A DNA stretch of 64,000 nt, taken from Alcaligenaceae bacterium (GTDB lineage: Bacteria > Pseudomonadota > Gammaproteobacteria > Burkholderiales > Burkholderiaceae_B). The position numbers and the translations under genes are program-made. The notes below the pieces were generated by a model. That model saw nothing but the letters and a program-made list of their open reading frames with translations, ran no database searches and had not been told where the DNA came from. Within the stretch, counting starts at the first letter, position 1; each line of letters starts with the position of its first letter. Of the stretch, positions 22,296 through 33,123 are shown one piece after another. The stretch spans positions 1,499 through 65,498 of the forward strand of contig JAJUFT010000004.1 of the NCBI GenBank assembly GCA_029263615.1. Direction: 5' to 3'.

Positions 22296-23294
22296 TCAGA
22301 CATGAAGCCGCTGCACCGGGATGCCGGCCGCTTCCAGTCTTTCCAAATGGGAAGCTAATGTTTCCAAGGTCTGCGGCAGCATTTCGCCGAGCAACATCAC
22401 GAGCCGTCCGCGCGTCTGCAGCAGCTGCTGCAATTGCGCTACGGCCTCGCCCTGCGTGAGCCATTCTTCCAGGTGAACGGGTAGACGGTCGGCATCCCGC
22501 CGCGCCATACCGAGCACCGCATCGTCGTGGTGGCGCGGGTCGAACAGCAGGGCATCGGCTTCATGCAGGGCTCGCAAGCCTTTGAGGGTCAGCAGGCCGG
22601 GGTCGCTGCCCGGCGAAGCCAGGACGGTGAGCTGGGCACGTGGCCAGGCAATCGGCGAACTCAGTGCCTGATCCAGCAAGGCGTCAGCGGCCGCTTTCTG
22701 CCCCGCGTTCAGCAGCTGCATGATCGGCCCGTCCAGTGCCCAGTCATAAAAATGGCGCCGTTGGGCCAGATCGGGGTAGGCCAGACGAATCTCACTGCGC
22801 CGCTCTCCGAGCATGGCGGCCAGTTCCCCCAGATGGTGATCCACCAGGGCCTCGAGGCGCTCGCGCAGCCGCCGGGCCAGCACCGGTGCGTGGCCCCCCG
22901 ACGAGATGGCGAGGGTGAGGGGCGCACGGTCGACCACTGCCGGGACCTGGAAGGAGGAAAGCGCCGGGTCATCCACCACATTGATCCAGAGATGTCGTTC
23001 GGTGGCCAGTTCGGAGATCCGGGCATTGACCTCGCGATGGTCGGTGGCCGCGATCACCAGCCAGGCCCCGTCCAGCCAGGCGGGCCGGAACTCGCCCTCA
23101 TGCCAGACCAGGTGCCCACTGTCGTGCCAGGCTGACAATGCGTCGGTGAGCTCGGGTGCGCCCACATGGACACGGGCGCCAGTCGGAAGCAGCGCCCGCA
23201 CCTTGCGTTCGGCGACGGCTCCCCCGCCGACCACAAGCACTTTTCGATCGTGAAGCTGCAGAAATACGGGGTAGAGGGAGGGGGAATCCGACAT
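22296..23294 (-). CDS. cysG: Precorrin-2 dehydrogenase/sirohydrochlorin ferrochelatase (CysG N-terminal module) with a degenerate methyltransferase remnant
   Basis: VLVVGGGAVAERK, NVVDDP and AISSGGHAPVLAR motifs; C-terminal SDPGLLTLKGLRALHEAD. Confidence 0.85.
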   Translation of the reverse strand: MSDSPSLYPVFLQLHDRKVLVVGGGAVAERKVRALLPTGARVHVGAPELTDALSAWHDSGHLVWHEGEFRPAWLDGAWLVIAATDHREVNARISELATERHLWINVVDDPALSSFQVPAVVDRAPLTLAISSGGHAPVLARRLRERLEALVDHHLGELAAMLGERRSEIRLAYPDLAQRRHFYDWALDGPIMQLLNAGQKAAADALLDQALSSPIAWPRAQLTVLASPGSDPGLLTLKGLRALHEADALLFDPRHHDDAVLGMARRDADRLPVHLEEWLTQGEAVAQLQQLLQTRGRLVMLLGEMLPQTLETLASHLERLEAAGIPVQRLHV

Positions 23295-23498
23295 GAGTTC
23301 ACCTGAACGATGGGCTTGCAAACCTTCATTCTAAGCACCTGCGGCGGAAAGGGGCCGGCGTTCCCTCCACGCAGCATATCCGGGACCTGCGCTTATTTCC
23401 TCGGGTTATTAGATTTCTTTTAATCAGTATTTGTTTGGCGGGTGGGGCTGGGACTATGCTGACTCCTCAATTCCTCCCAGAGTCAGAGTGTAGATAGA

Positions 23499-25211
23499 AT
23501 GTATCTCCCCAGCGAGTTTGACGTCACACGTCTCAAGGAAAGGGCCGGCCAATTTGCAGGGCAGATAGAGCGCAACAAGCAGGGCCTGCTCAGCGACGAT
23601 CAGCTGCGACCCTTGCGCCTTCAGAACGGTCTGTACATCCAGCGCCACGCGCCCATGCTTCGCATTGCCATTTCCTACGGCATGCTCAGCAGTGAACGGT
23701 TGCGCGCCCTGGCGGCGGTCGGTCGCAAATACGATCGCGGTTACGGCCATTTCACCACTCGCCAGAACATGCAGTTCAACTGGATTGAAGTGGATGACGT
23801 GCCGCGTGCCCTGGCCGATCTGGCCGAAGTGGGCCTGCACGGCATTCAGTCCAGCGGCAACTGCTTGCGCAACATCACCAGCGATGCACAAGCCGGAATT
23901 GCGCCGGAAGAAATCCTGGACCCGCGTCCCTACTGCGAGCTGTTGCGACAGTGGAGCACCTTCCACCCGGAGCTGGCCTTCCTGCCCCGCAAATTCAAGG
24001 TGGCGATCACCGGCACCCCGGAAGACCGTGCCCTGGTGCAGATCCATGACCTCGCCTACGAGATTGTGGAAACCGAACCCCATGCCATCTTCCGCGTCCG
24101 CGTGGGCGGGGGCCTGGGCCGCACGCCCATTCTAGGTCCGGTGTTGCGTGAACGACTGGATTGGCAGGATCTGCTGACCTACACGCATGCCGTGATGCGT
24201 GTCTACAACGAGCTGGGCCGGCGTGACAACGCTTTCAAGGCGCGCATCAAGATACTGGTTCGGGCGGTGGGCATTGATCAATTCCGCGAGCTTGTCGAGC
24301 AGGAGTGGGAAACCCTGCGTCACGGCGTGCATCGACTGCCCGAAGCCGAATTGGAACGCATCAAGGCGGCTTTCGTGGACCCGGACTGGTCGCTGGGCAA
24401 GCCGCTGGAACAAGAGCCGACCTTCTCCTCCGAGCAGGAACGCGTCAAGTGGGAACGCTGGCTGGCACACAACCGTCTGCCGCATCGCTACCGCGGATTT
24501 GCCGCGGTGCTCGTGCCAATCAAACACAAGCAGCGTGCGCCCGGTGATGTCACCAGTGACGAAATGGATGCACTGGCAGACCTGGCGGAAGCGTTCAGTC
24601 AAGGGTTCCTGCGCGTCACCCACACTCAGAATCTGCTGTTCCCCGCCGTGCGCGAGCATGACCTGCCGGAACTGTTCCGCCGACTTTCCGCTCTGGGGCT
24701 GGGCGAGGCCGTGGGCGGCCTGATCGGTGACATGGTGGCCTGCCCGGGTGGCGATTTTTGTGCGCTCGCCAACGCGCGCTCCCTGCCGGTCGCTCGGGAA
24801 ATTGCAGAACGCTTTGAATCCATCGATCGCCAGGAAAGCCTGGGTCCCCTGGACTTGCGCATTTCCGGTTGCATGAACAGCTGCGGCCATCACCACGTGG
24901 GCCACATCGGCGTGTTGGGTGTGGACAAGGACGGTGCGGCCTTCTACCAGTTGCTGCTGGGGGGCCATTCGGGCCATGGTGCGCCCGCTGCCCTGGGGAC
25001 CATCGTCGGCAAGGCGTTCGCCGAAGATGAGATTGCAGATGCCATCGAAATGGTGCTCGATGCCTACGTCGAACACCGTGAACCGGGCGAAACCTTCCGC
25101 GAGGCTGTTGCCCGTCTGGGCAAAACGTTCTTCGCCGAGGCGGCCAATGCTGCACGGCGTGACACGCCACGGCAACTCGCTTCCTCCACGCGCATCGAGG
25201 CGGAAACCTGA
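23499..25211 (+). CDS. cysI: Sulfite/nitrite reductase hemoprotein (ferredoxin-type CysI)
   Basis: RLQNGLY, HFTTRQN and LPRKFK motifs; siroheme/4Fe-4S ligands CPGGDFC and GCMNSC. Confidence 0.88.
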   Translation: MYLPSEFDVTRLKERAGQFAGQIERNKQGLLSDDQLRPLRLQNGLYIQRHAPMLRIAISYGMLSSERLRALAAVGRKYDRGYGHFTTRQNMQFNWIEVDDVPRALADLAEVGLHGIQSSGNCLRNITSDAQAGIAPEEILDPRPYCELLRQWSTFHPELAFLPRKFKVAITGTPEDRALVQIHDLAYEIVETEPHAIFRVRVGGGLGRTPILGPVLRERLDWQDLLTYTHAVMRVYNELGRRDNAFKARIKILVRAVGIDQFRELVEQEWETLRHGVHRLPEAELERIKAAFVDPDWSLGKPLEQEPTFSSEQERVKWERWLAHNRLPHRYRGFAAVLVPIKHKQRAPGDVTSDEMDALADLAEAFSQGFLRVTHTQNLLFPAVREHDLPELFRRLSALGLGEAVGGLIGDMVACPGGDFCALANARSLPVAREIAERFESIDRQESLGPLDLRISGCMNSCGHHHVGHIGVLGVDKDGAAFYQLLLGGHSGHGAPAALGTIVGKAFAEDEIADAIEMVLDAYVEHREPGETFREAVARLGKTFFAEAANAARRDTPRQLASSTRIEAET

Positions 25212-25969
25212 TGGCAACGGTCAGTCTGATTGGCGCTGGCCCGGGAGAGCCCGAGCTGATGACGCGCAAGGCCTGGCGCATTCTGGGTGAGGCCGATGTG
25301 GTGCTGTACGACGCCCTGATCGACGCCGAGGGTATGAAAGAAGCCGCCCCCGACGCCCGATGGATCTCGGTGGGCAAGCGGGCAGGGCGCCCCGCCCCCG
25401 AGCAGGCGTTCATCTGCCGCACGCTGGTCGCATATGCCCGCCGCGGCTGGCGGGTGGTGCGTCTCAAGGGCGGAGATCCGTCGCTGTTCGGGCGCTTGGC
25501 CGAAGAGCTTGAGGCCTGTCGCGCAGCGGGGCTGGATGTCGAGGTCGTGCCCGGAGTAACGTCCGCCTGCGCGGCCGCCGCCGATCTACAGGCCAGCCTG
25601 ACGCTGCGAGGCGTGGCGCGCAGCGTCGTGTTTCTCACGCCGCGGCTGGGTCGGGGCGAGCAGGAGCCGTGCGATGACCATTGGCTGCAGGCGGCGCTGA
25701 CGGCCGACACGGCCGTGCTTTACATGGCGGGCAAGCGGGCGGACCAGGTCTGCCGCAAGCTGATCGAGGCCGGTCGGCCGGCCCTGACTCCTCTGTGCGT
25801 CGTCGAGAATGCGGGCGGCACCGGGCTGCGGTTGCAGACCACCCTGATGGAGGTGGCCCGATATGGCCTGCCGCCCATGCAGGGGCCGGTCAGTCTACTG
25901 CTCGGGGATGCATTTGCGGACGTGCGTCTTGCGCAGAACACCGAGCCGTTGAGCGTGCTCGAGGGGTGA
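25211..25969 (+). CDS. cobA: Uroporphyrinogen-III C-methyltransferase
   Basis: GAGPGEPELMT, RLKGGDP and VPGVTS motifs. Confidence 0.9.
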   Translation: MATVSLIGAGPGEPELMTRKAWRILGEADVVLYDALIDAEGMKEAAPDARWISVGKRAGRPAPEQAFICRTLVAYARRGWRVVRLKGGDPSLFGRLAEELEACRAAGLDVEVVPGVTSACAAAADLQASLTLRGVARSVVFLTPRLGRGEQEPCDDHWLQAALTADTAVLYMAGKRADQVCRKLIEAGRPALTPLCVVENAGGTGLRLQTTLMEVARYGLPPMQGPVSLLLGDAFADVRLAQNTEPLSVLEG

Positions 25970-26049
25970 GGGAAGGTTTTCGCTGACCTGGCGTGTCGCC
26001 ACGGCCGTTCCCGGCCCGGTGCGCCAGGCATTTTTTCCAGGAAAGAAAG

Positions 26050-26487
26050 ATGTCAGAAGTCGTGGTGTTTGATCGTGAGGGCCAGCCCGTCGCTCGCCCA
26101 CGGGTGCCCGAAATTGTTCTCGAACCCGAGCAGCTGCTGGGGGGCGCAGGCGAGGTGCCTACTTCAAAGAAAATTGCGGACTGGCTGGCGCAGTACGGCG
26201 ACACGCCAGCCGTGGCCATTCAGTTTCCCAAGTTCACCGATGGGCGCGGCTTTTCGCTGGCGGCCCGTCTGCGCGAGGCCGGGTACGCCGGCGAGCTGCA
26301 TGCGCAGGGTGATATTTCCCAAGACCTCGTCTTTCAGCTGCGTCGCGTCGGCTTCACCCATTTTCACCTTGCGAACCCCGGCGTGGAGCGGATCGAACGC
26401 CATGTGCTGGAGCCCTTCGGCGGGTATTACCAGGCGGCCCAGGATGGCAGCCGCGCCCATTGGCAGCAGGCCCTGACCACGGCCTGA
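26050..26487 (+). CDS. DUF934 family protein (CysI-associated)
   Basis: FPKFTDGRGFSLA...GYAGEL...RRVGF. Confidence 0.85.
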   Translation: MSEVVVFDREGQPVARPRVPEIVLEPEQLLGGAGEVPTSKKIADWLAQYGDTPAVAIQFPKFTDGRGFSLAARLREAGYAGELHAQGDISQDLVFQLRRVGFTHFHLANPGVERIERHVLEPFGGYYQAAQDGSRAHWQQALTTA

Positions 26488-26524
26488 TCCCGGGCACCGA
26501 GCACCGCCTGATTCCGACGGGATG

Positions 26525-26556
26525 AAAAAAAAGGGCGCCCCCGAAAGGAGGCGCCC
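26525..26556 (-). terminator. Rho-independent terminator of valS
   Basis: GGGCGCC...GGCGCCC stem with A8 on the plus strand (U-tract on the minus strand). Confidence 0.8.
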
Positions 26557-26580
26557 CCGAACCGTTTCCGACGGCCAGTT

Positions 26581-29460
26581 TTATTCGGCCGGCAACTTGG
26601 CCAGCTGGTCCTTCACCTTGGCCAGGGTTTCGCCGAACTGCGCGACACGTTCCTTTTCCTGCTCGACCACCTTGGCCGGAGCGCGCTGCACGAAGCTTTC
26701 GTTTGACAGCTTGCCCTGGGCCTTGGCAATCTCGCCTTCCAGACGTTGAACCTCTTTCTGCAGGCGGGCACGCTCCGCCGCCACGTCGATCTCGACGTGC
26801 AGCATGAGTTCGCTCGTGCCGACGATCTGCACCGGTGCGCCCAACTGGGGCAGGGTGTCGACAATCTCGACGCCTTCCAGGCGGGCCAGTGATTTGAGGT
26901 ATTCACTGTTGCGCTCCAGCACCGCACGGTCGCCGCGGGCGATGAGCGGCACACGCTGGCCGGGCGATAGATTCATTTCACCCCGCAGGGCGCGGACCGC
27001 TTCCACCTGCGCCTTCAGTTCCGCCACCTGCGCTTCGGCTGCTTCGTCGATGGCAGCCGGGTTGCTGACCGGGTAAGGCTGGATGCTGATGCTGGTTTCT
27101 TCGTCCGGACGACGCTTGCCGGCCACCACGGCCACCTTCTGCCACAGCTCTTCGGTGATGAAGGGAATGATGGGGTGGGCCAGCCGCAAGACGGCTTCCA
27201 GGACACGAATCAGCGTGCGGCGGGTGCCCAGCTGCTGCGCCGGGGTGCCCGACTGCAGCTGAACCTTGGCCAGCTCGACATACCAGTCGCAGTATTCGTC
27301 CCACACGAAGTGATAGATGGCATTGGCCACGTTGTCGAAACGGTAGTCGGCAAACCCGCGCTCGACATCCGCTTCCAGTCGCTGGAGCTGGCTGATGATC
27401 CAGCGATCGGCGAAAGACCGTTCGGCCGTCACGCTCGCTCCGTCGATGACGACGGTTTCGTCATGCAGGGCATGTCCTTCCGTGTTCATCAGCACGTAGC
27501 GGGTGGCGTTCCACAGCTTGTTGCAGAAATTGCGGTAGCCTTCGCAGCGTTTCAGATCGAAGTTGATGTTGCGCCCCAGCGTGGCATAGGCCGCCATCGT
27601 GAAGCGCAGCGCGTCGGCACCGAACGCCGGAATGCCCTCCGGGTAGTCCTTGCGCGTTTTCTTGCGAATGCTCTCGGCAAGGCGCGGGTTCATCAGCCCC
27701 GTCGTGCGCTTCTCGAGCAGCGGATCCAGGGCGATGCCGTCGATGAGGTCGACCGGGTCGATGGTGTTGCCCTTCGACTTGCTCATCTTCTTGCCTTCCA
27801 TGTCGCACACCAGGCCGTGCACGTACACGTTCTTGAAGGGCACCTTGCCGGTCATGTGCATGCTCATCACGACCATGCGGGCGACCCAGAAGAAAATGAT
27901 GTCGAAGCCGGTGACCAGCACGCTGGAGGGCAGGTAGCGCTCGAGTTCCGGGGTTTCGTCGGGCCAGCCCAGATCGCTGAAGGGCACCAGGCCGGACGAG
28001 AACCAGGTGTCGAGCACGTCTTCGTCGCGGCGCAGGGGACCGGTCACGCCGGCGGCCGCCGCTTTCTCGCGCGCTTCGTTTTCATCGCGCGCCACGAAGA
28101 TCTGGCCGTCTTCGGAATACCAGGCGGGAATCTGGTGACCCCACCATAACTGGCGCGAGATGCACCAGTCCTGAATGTTGTTCAGCCACTGGTTGTAGGT
28201 GGTTGTCCAGTTCTCGGGGTGGAAGCGGATGCGCCCGTCGGCGACGACTTCCAGGGCCACTTCGGTGAGGCTCTTGCCCGGGTGAAGGGTGCCTTCCGGG
28301 GCTGGCTTGCTCATGGCCACGAACCACTGGTCGGTGAGCATGGGCTCGATGACGGTGTTGGTGCGGTCGCCTCGGGGCACCATTAGCTTGTGGGGTTTGA
28401 CGCTCTGCAACAGCCCCTGGGCTTCGAGGTCGGCCACGATCTGCTTGCGTGCCTCGAAACGGTCCAGGCCCTGATATTGGGCGGGCGCATTTTCGTTGAT
28501 GCGGGCATCGAGGGTCAGGATGCTGATGCTCTCCAGACCATGACGCTGACCCACGGCGTTGTCATTGAAGTCGTGGGCGGGCGTGACCTTCACCACACCG
28601 GTACCGAACTCGCGATCGACGTAGTCGTCGGCAATGATGGGGATCTCGCGGTTCACCAGTGGCAGCATGACCGTCTTGCCGATCAGGTGAGCATAGCGTT
28701 CGTCTTCGGGGTGGACCATGACGGCCACGTCACCCAGCATGGTTTCCGGCCGGGTCGTGGCCACCACCAGGGCGTCGATGCCGCCTTCCGGCTGCGTCAG
28801 CGGGTAGCGGATTTCCCACATGTGGCCATCTTCTTCCTCGCTGACCACTTCCAGATCGGAGACGGCCGTCCCCAGGACCGGGTCCCAGTTGACCAGCCGC
28901 TTGCCGCGGTAAATGAGACCCTGTTCATACAGGCGCACGAACACTTCCACCACGGCGCGCGACATGCGCTCGTCCATGGTGAAGTATTCCCGTTCCCAGT
29001 CGCAGGATGCGCCCAGCCGGCGGAACTGGCTGGTGATGGCGCCGCCCGACTTCGCTTTCCATTCCCAGACTTTCTCGAGGAATTTCTCGCGGCCCAGGTC
29101 ATGGCGCGAGATGTTCTGCGCGTCCAGCTGGCGTTCAACCACGATCTGGGTGGCAATTCCGGCGTGGTCCGTGCCGGGAATCATCACCGTGTCATCGCCG
29201 CGCATGCGGTGGTAGCGCACCAGGCCATCCATGACGGTCTGGTTGAACGCGTGACCCATGTGCAGCGTGCCGGTCACATTGGGCGGCGGGAACTGGATCA
29301 CGAAGGGCTGACTCTCGACGCCGGGCGCGGGCTCGACATGCTGGCCAGCACGGAAAAGGCCGCTTTTCTCCCAACGGGAATACCAGCGGGACTCGATGTC
29401 CTTGGGTTCGAAACTCTTGGAAAGAAGGTCGGAGGAATTCTGTTCAGATTGGGTGGTCAT
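26581..29460 (-). CDS. valS: Valine--tRNA ligase
   Basis: [25 protein letters not shown] and KMSKS motifs; C-terminal coiled coil. Confidence 0.97.
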   Translation of the reverse strand: MTTQSEQNSSDLLSKSFEPKDIESRWYSRWEKSGLFRAGQHVEPAPGVESQPFVIQFPPPNVTGTLHMGHAFNQTVMDGLVRYHRMRGDDTVMIPGTDHAGIATQIVVERQLDAQNISRHDLGREKFLEKVWEWKAKSGGAITSQFRRLGASCDWEREYFTMDERMSRAVVEVFVRLYEQGLIYRGKRLVNWDPVLGTAVSDLEVVSEEEDGHMWEIRYPLTQPEGGIDALVVATTRPETMLGDVAVMVHPEDERYAHLIGKTVMLPLVNREIPIIADDYVDREFGTGVVKVTPAHDFNDNAVGQRHGLESISILTLDARINENAPAQYQGLDRFEARKQIVADLEAQGLLQSVKPHKLMVPRGDRTNTVIEPMLTDQWFVAMSKPAPEGTLHPGKSLTEVALEVVADGRIRFHPENWTTTYNQWLNNIQDWCISRQLWWGHQIPAWYSEDGQIFVARDENEAREKAAAAGVTGPLRRDEDVLDTWFSSGLVPFSDLGWPDETPELERYLPSSVLVTGFDIIFFWVARMVVMSMHMTGKVPFKNVYVHGLVCDMEGKKMSKSKGNTIDPVDLIDGIALDPLLEKRTTGLMNPRLAESIRKKTRKDYPEGIPAFGADALRFTMAAYATLGRNINFDLKRCEGYRNFCNKLWNATRYVLMNTEGHALHDETVVIDGASVTAERSFADRWIISQLQRLEADVERGFADYRFDNVANAIYHFVWDEYCDWYVELAKVQLQSGTPAQQLGTRRTLIRVLEAVLRLAHPIIPFITEELWQKVAVVAGKRRPDEETSISIQPYPVSNPAAIDEAAEAQVAELKAQVEAVRALRGEMNLSPGQRVPLIARGDRAVLERNSEYLKSLARLEGVEIVDTLPQLGAPVQIVGTSELMLHVEIDVAAERARLQKEVQRLEGEIAKAQGKLSNESFVQRAPAKVVEQEKERVAQFGETLAKVKDQLAKLPAE

Positions 29461-29697
29461 GGTTTAATGATGGGTGGCGTGGCCGAGAGTGCCGGAACTG
29501 GCGCCTAGGGAAAGCGTTCAAGCAGCAGGTGCGCTGCACAATCCTACTATTTTATGATGTAGTGCGGCACCCGGGGCGTGGTAAAATGCCCGGTTAACGT
29601 AAGCGGCTCCGAAGTGCTTGTTTTACTTGAGGAAACCGCTTTCACGTGAACCTGTCGCAGCATCGCTGCCCACCAGTCAAACAGTAACGGAAATTAA

Positions 29698-30123
29698 ATG
29701 GCTATTGAACGCACCCTTTCCATCATCAAGCCCGACGCCGTCGCCAAGAACGTGATCGGCCAGATCGTCGCCCGCTTCGAGCAGGCCGGTCTCAAGGTCG
29801 TGGCTGCCCGCCTGATGCAGCTCTCGCGCAGCGATGCCGAGCGTTTCTATGCCGTGCACAAAGAGCGCCCCTTCTTCAAGGATCTGGTCGAGTTCATGAT
29901 CTCCGGCCCCGTGTTCGTGCAAGTGCTGGAAGGCGAGAACGCCATCGCCAAGAACCGTGAGCTGATGGGCGCCACCGACCCCAAGAAAGCCGAGCCCGGC
30001 ACCATCCGCGCCGATTTCGCCGACAGCATCGATGCCAACGCCGTGCACGGCTCCGATGCTCCGGAAACCGCAGCCGTGGAAATTGCTTTCTTCTTCCCGG
30101 AAAGCAACATCCACAGCCGTTGA
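29698..30123 (+). CDS. ndk: Nucleoside diphosphate kinase
   Basis: [10 protein letters not shown] and NAVHGSD motifs. Confidence 0.97.
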   Translation: MAIERTLSIIKPDAVAKNVIGQIVARFEQAGLKVVAARLMQLSRSDAERFYAVHKERPFFKDLVEFMISGPVFVQVLEGENAIAKNRELMGATDPKKAEPGTIRADFADSIDANAVHGSDAPETAAVEIAFFFPESNIHSR

Positions 30124-30132
30124 TTCGCGGCC

Positions 30133-31317
30133 GTGCCTGAAACGCCTGCCGCCGTCCCGATCATGCCAACCGTCATCGAACGCCCCAATCTGCTGGGAAT
30201 GGACACCGCCGCGCTGACCGAACTCGTCGCGCAGTGGGGCGGCAAGCCGTTTCGCGCCAAGCAACTGCAGCGCTGGGTTCACCAGCGCGGCGTTGCCGAT
30301 TTCGCCGAAATGACGGATCTCGCCCGCGATTTCCGCCAGACCCTCAGCGAACGCTGCGTGGTGGCCGCTCCGCCCGTCAGCACTGAACACCTGTCCGCCG
30401 ACGGCACACGCAAATGGCTGTTCGACGTCGGCATGGGCAACGCCGTCGAAACGGTCTTCATTCCCGAAGACGACCGCGGCACACTCTGCATTTCGAGCCA
30501 GGCCGGCTGCACTGTTGCCTGCCCGTTCTGCTCGACCGGATACCAGGGTTTCAATCGCAATCTCACCACCGCCGAGATCATCGGCCAGCTGTGGCATGCC
30601 CGCCGTGTCCTGCAGCAGGACATCGCATCGGCCCGGCTGCCCGGCGGCGAAGTGGCAGCGCCGGAACGCGTCGTCAGCAATGTGGTGATGATGGGCATGG
30701 GCGAACCCCTGCTGAATTACGACCAGGTGCTGGCTGCCCTGCGCCTGATGCTCGACGACAACGCCTACGGCTTGTCACGTCGGCGCGTCACCGTGTCCAC
30801 CTCCGGTGTCGTGCCCATCATGGATCGGCTGGCCCGCGACTGTCCGGTCGCGCTGGCAGTGTCCCTGCATGCGCCCAACGACGCGCTGCGTGATCGCCTC
30901 GTGCCGCTGAACCGCAAACACCCCCTGCGCGAACTGCTCGATGCCTGCAATCGCTATCTCGAGCATGCACCGCGCGACTTCATCACTTTCGAATACATCA
31001 TGCTCGACGGCATCAACGACGCCGACGAGCATGCCCGGCAGCTCATTGATATCGCGCGTCAGGTGCGATGCAAGTTCAACCTCATCCCTTTCAATCCCTT
31101 CCCGCAGTCGGGGTTGAAGCGTTCGCCCGCGCACCGGGTTCGCCTCTTCGCCCAGATTCTCATGGATGCCGGAGTGGTCACCACCGTGCGCAAGACGCGA
31201 GGCGATGACATCGCCGCGGCCTGTGGTCAGCTGGCTGGCGATGTCAAGGACAGAACGCGTATCGAGCAGCGCCTGCCCAATCGGGCCGCCATCGAGATCA
31301 CTCAGGAGCATGGATGA
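30133..31317 (+). CDS. rlmN: 23S rRNA/tRNA m2A methyltransferase RlmN
   Basis: CTVACPFC radical-SAM motif, MGMGEP and AACGQL. Confidence 0.96.
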   Translation: MPETPAAVPIMPTVIERPNLLGMDTAALTELVAQWGGKPFRAKQLQRWVHQRGVADFAEMTDLARDFRQTLSERCVVAAPPVSTEHLSADGTRKWLFDVGMGNAVETVFIPEDDRGTLCISSQAGCTVACPFCSTGYQGFNRNLTTAEIIGQLWHARRVLQQDIASARLPGGEVAAPERVVSNVVMMGMGEPLLNYDQVLAALRLMLDDNAYGLSRRRVTVSTSGVVPIMDRLARDCPVALAVSLHAPNDALRDRLVPLNRKHPLRELLDACNRYLEHAPRDFITFEYIMLDGINDADEHARQLIDIARQVRCKFNLIPFNPFPQSGLKRSPAHRVRLFAQILMDAGVVTTVRKTRGDDIAAACGQLAGDVKDRTRIEQRLPNRAAIEITQEHG

Positions 31318-31832
31318 CTGACCCCCTGCTGAAAGAAGAACAAGAGACCTCCGAGAATGCGAAGCGCCCGGAGTCGGTCGGCGTCGGGGGAACCCTGCGT
31401 GCCATACGGGTTTCACGTCGCATTTCCTTGAGCGAGGCATCCCAGCGGCTCAAGTATTCGGTCCGCCAGATTGAAGCGCTGGAAGCGGAAGAATGGGCGA
31501 ATCTGCCTGAAGGCATGCCGCTGCGCGGCTTCGTGCGCAACTACGCACGCTACCTCGAGGCCGACGTTGATTCCGTGCTGGTGCTGCTGGACAACGCGGT
31601 GGGTTCCACAGCGCCACCGCGTGTTGTGGTGGCATCGGGCATGGGCCCGGCTTCCGTGTCCGGCGACGCCGAAGTGTCCATGGCGCCCGAATCCACTGGC
31701 CGGCCCTGGGGCTGGTTCATCCTCATACTGGCCATCCTCGTCATCGCTGCTTTTTATGCGGTCGACCGCGGCTGGGTGCCGGAGTCCTGGCTGATCTTCG
31801 ACTGGCTCAAGGACATTGCCAACAATGAATGA
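31314..31832 (+). CDS. rodZ: Short RodZ-like HTH membrane protein
   Basis: HTH with [11 protein letters not shown] plus a single TM helix; ends soon after the TM; syntenic position. Confidence 0.75.
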   Translation: MTDPLLKEEQETSENAKRPESVGVGGTLRAIRVSRRISLSEASQRLKYSVRQIEALEAEEWANLPEGMPLRGFVRNYARYLEADVDSVLVLLDNAVGSTAPPRVVVASGMGPASVSGDAEVSMAPESTGRPWGWFILILAILVIAAFYAVDRGWVPESWLIFDWLKDIANNE

Positions 31833-33123
31833 CGCTGTTGTCCGGGAAGGTGCGCCCTCACTTGTCGGTGCCGCGCCCAAGCGGTCCACCCGTTGTGCCA
31901 CGGTCCGCTGGGGGCAGAGGGTGGTGCGCATCGGGGGGGATGCCCCGGTCGTGGTCCAGTCCATGACCAACACTGACACGGCCGATGCCATTGCGACGGC
32001 CATTCAGGTCAAGGAACTCGCCATGGCGGGCTCCGAGATCGTCCGCATCACGGTGAACACCCCCGAAGCCGCACAGGCCGTGCCCGCCATTCGCGAACAG
32101 CTCGACCGCATGGGGGTGGATGTCCCGCTGGTCGGCGATTTCCATTTCAACGGCCACAAGCTGCTCACCCAGTTTCCCGACTGTGCCCAAGCGCTCTCCA
32201 AATATCGGATCAACCCCGGCAACGTGGGGGGAGGGAAAAAGCGCGAAGACAATTTTGCCCAGATGATCGAGGTGGCCTGCCGCCATGACAAGCCGGTCCG
32301 GATCGGCGTGAACTGGGGCAGTCTCGATCACGAACTCATGGCCCGCATGATGGACGAGAACAGCCGTCGTGCCCAACCCTGGGAAGCCGCGGCCGTCATG
32401 CGCGAAGCCCTGGTGATGTCCGCCATCGACAACGCGCGCCGCGCTGAAGCCCTGGGCCTGCCCGGCAACGCCATCGTGCTGTCCTGCAAGGTCAGCCATG
32501 TGCAGGATCTCATCACCGTGTATCGCGACCTGTCCGCGCGCTGCGATTACCCCCTGCACCTGGGCCTGACCGAAGCCGGCATGGGCAGCAAGGGCATTGT
32601 GGCTTCCACCGCAGCCCTGGCCGTGCTGCTGCAGGAAGGCATCGGCGACACCATCCGTATTTCGCTGACGCCGGAGCCCGGCGGTGACCGCACGCGTGAA
32701 GTGGTTGTGGCGCAGGAAATTCTCCAGAGCATGGGGCTGCGCGCCTTCACCCCCATGGTGGTCGCCTGCCCGGGGTGTGGCCGCACCAGCAGCACCTTCT
32801 TCCAGGAACTGGCCGACAGCATCCAGTCGTTCCTGCGTCGCCAGATGCCCGAATGGAAAACCCGGTATCCCGGCGTCGAGACGATGAACGTGGCCGTGAT
32901 GGGCTGTGTGGTCAACGGCCCAGGGGAAAGCCGTCACGCCGATATCGGCATCAGCCTGCCGGGCACGGGGGAAGTCCCCGCAGCGCCTGTCTTCATTGAC
33001 GGCGAACGCACCATCACTCTGAAAGGCGATACCATCGCCCAGGAATTCCAGCAGATCGTCGAGCAATATGTGGAACGTCGCTACGGGCTCGGCGTCAACA
33101 ATGAAAAACAAGCAGATTCATGA
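31825..33123 (+). CDS. ispG: HMBPP synthase
   Basis: VQSMTNT, RINPGN, CPGCGR and [10 protein letters not shown] motifs. Confidence 0.96.
   Translation: MNDAVVREGAPSLVGAAPKRSTRCATVRWGQRVVRIGGDAPVVVQSMTNTDTADAIATAIQVKELAMAGSEIVRITVNTPEAAQAVPAIREQLDRMGVDVPLVGDFHFNGHKLLTQFPDCAQALSKYRINPGNVGGGKKREDNFAQMIEVACRHDKPVRIGVNWGSLDHELMARMMDENSRRAQPWEAAAVMREALVMSAIDNARRAEALGLPGNAIVLSCKVSHVQDLITVYRDLSARCDYPLHLGLTEAGMGSKGIVASTAALAVLLQEGIGDTIRISLTPEPGGDRTREVVVAQEILQSMGLRAFTPMVVACPGCGRTSSTFFQELADSIQSFLRRQMPEWKTRYPGVETMNVAVMGCVVNGPGESRHADIGISLPGTGEVPAAPVFIDGERTITLKGDTIAQEFQQIVEQYVERRYGLGVNNEKQADS

Noticed and set aside
29472-29530. tRNA-Ser-like 5' sequence (GGTGGCGTGGCCGAGAG)
   Set aside because: No T-arm (GTTCRAATC) and no complementary acceptor stem or CCA; treated as a chance match in the valS/ndk promoter region.
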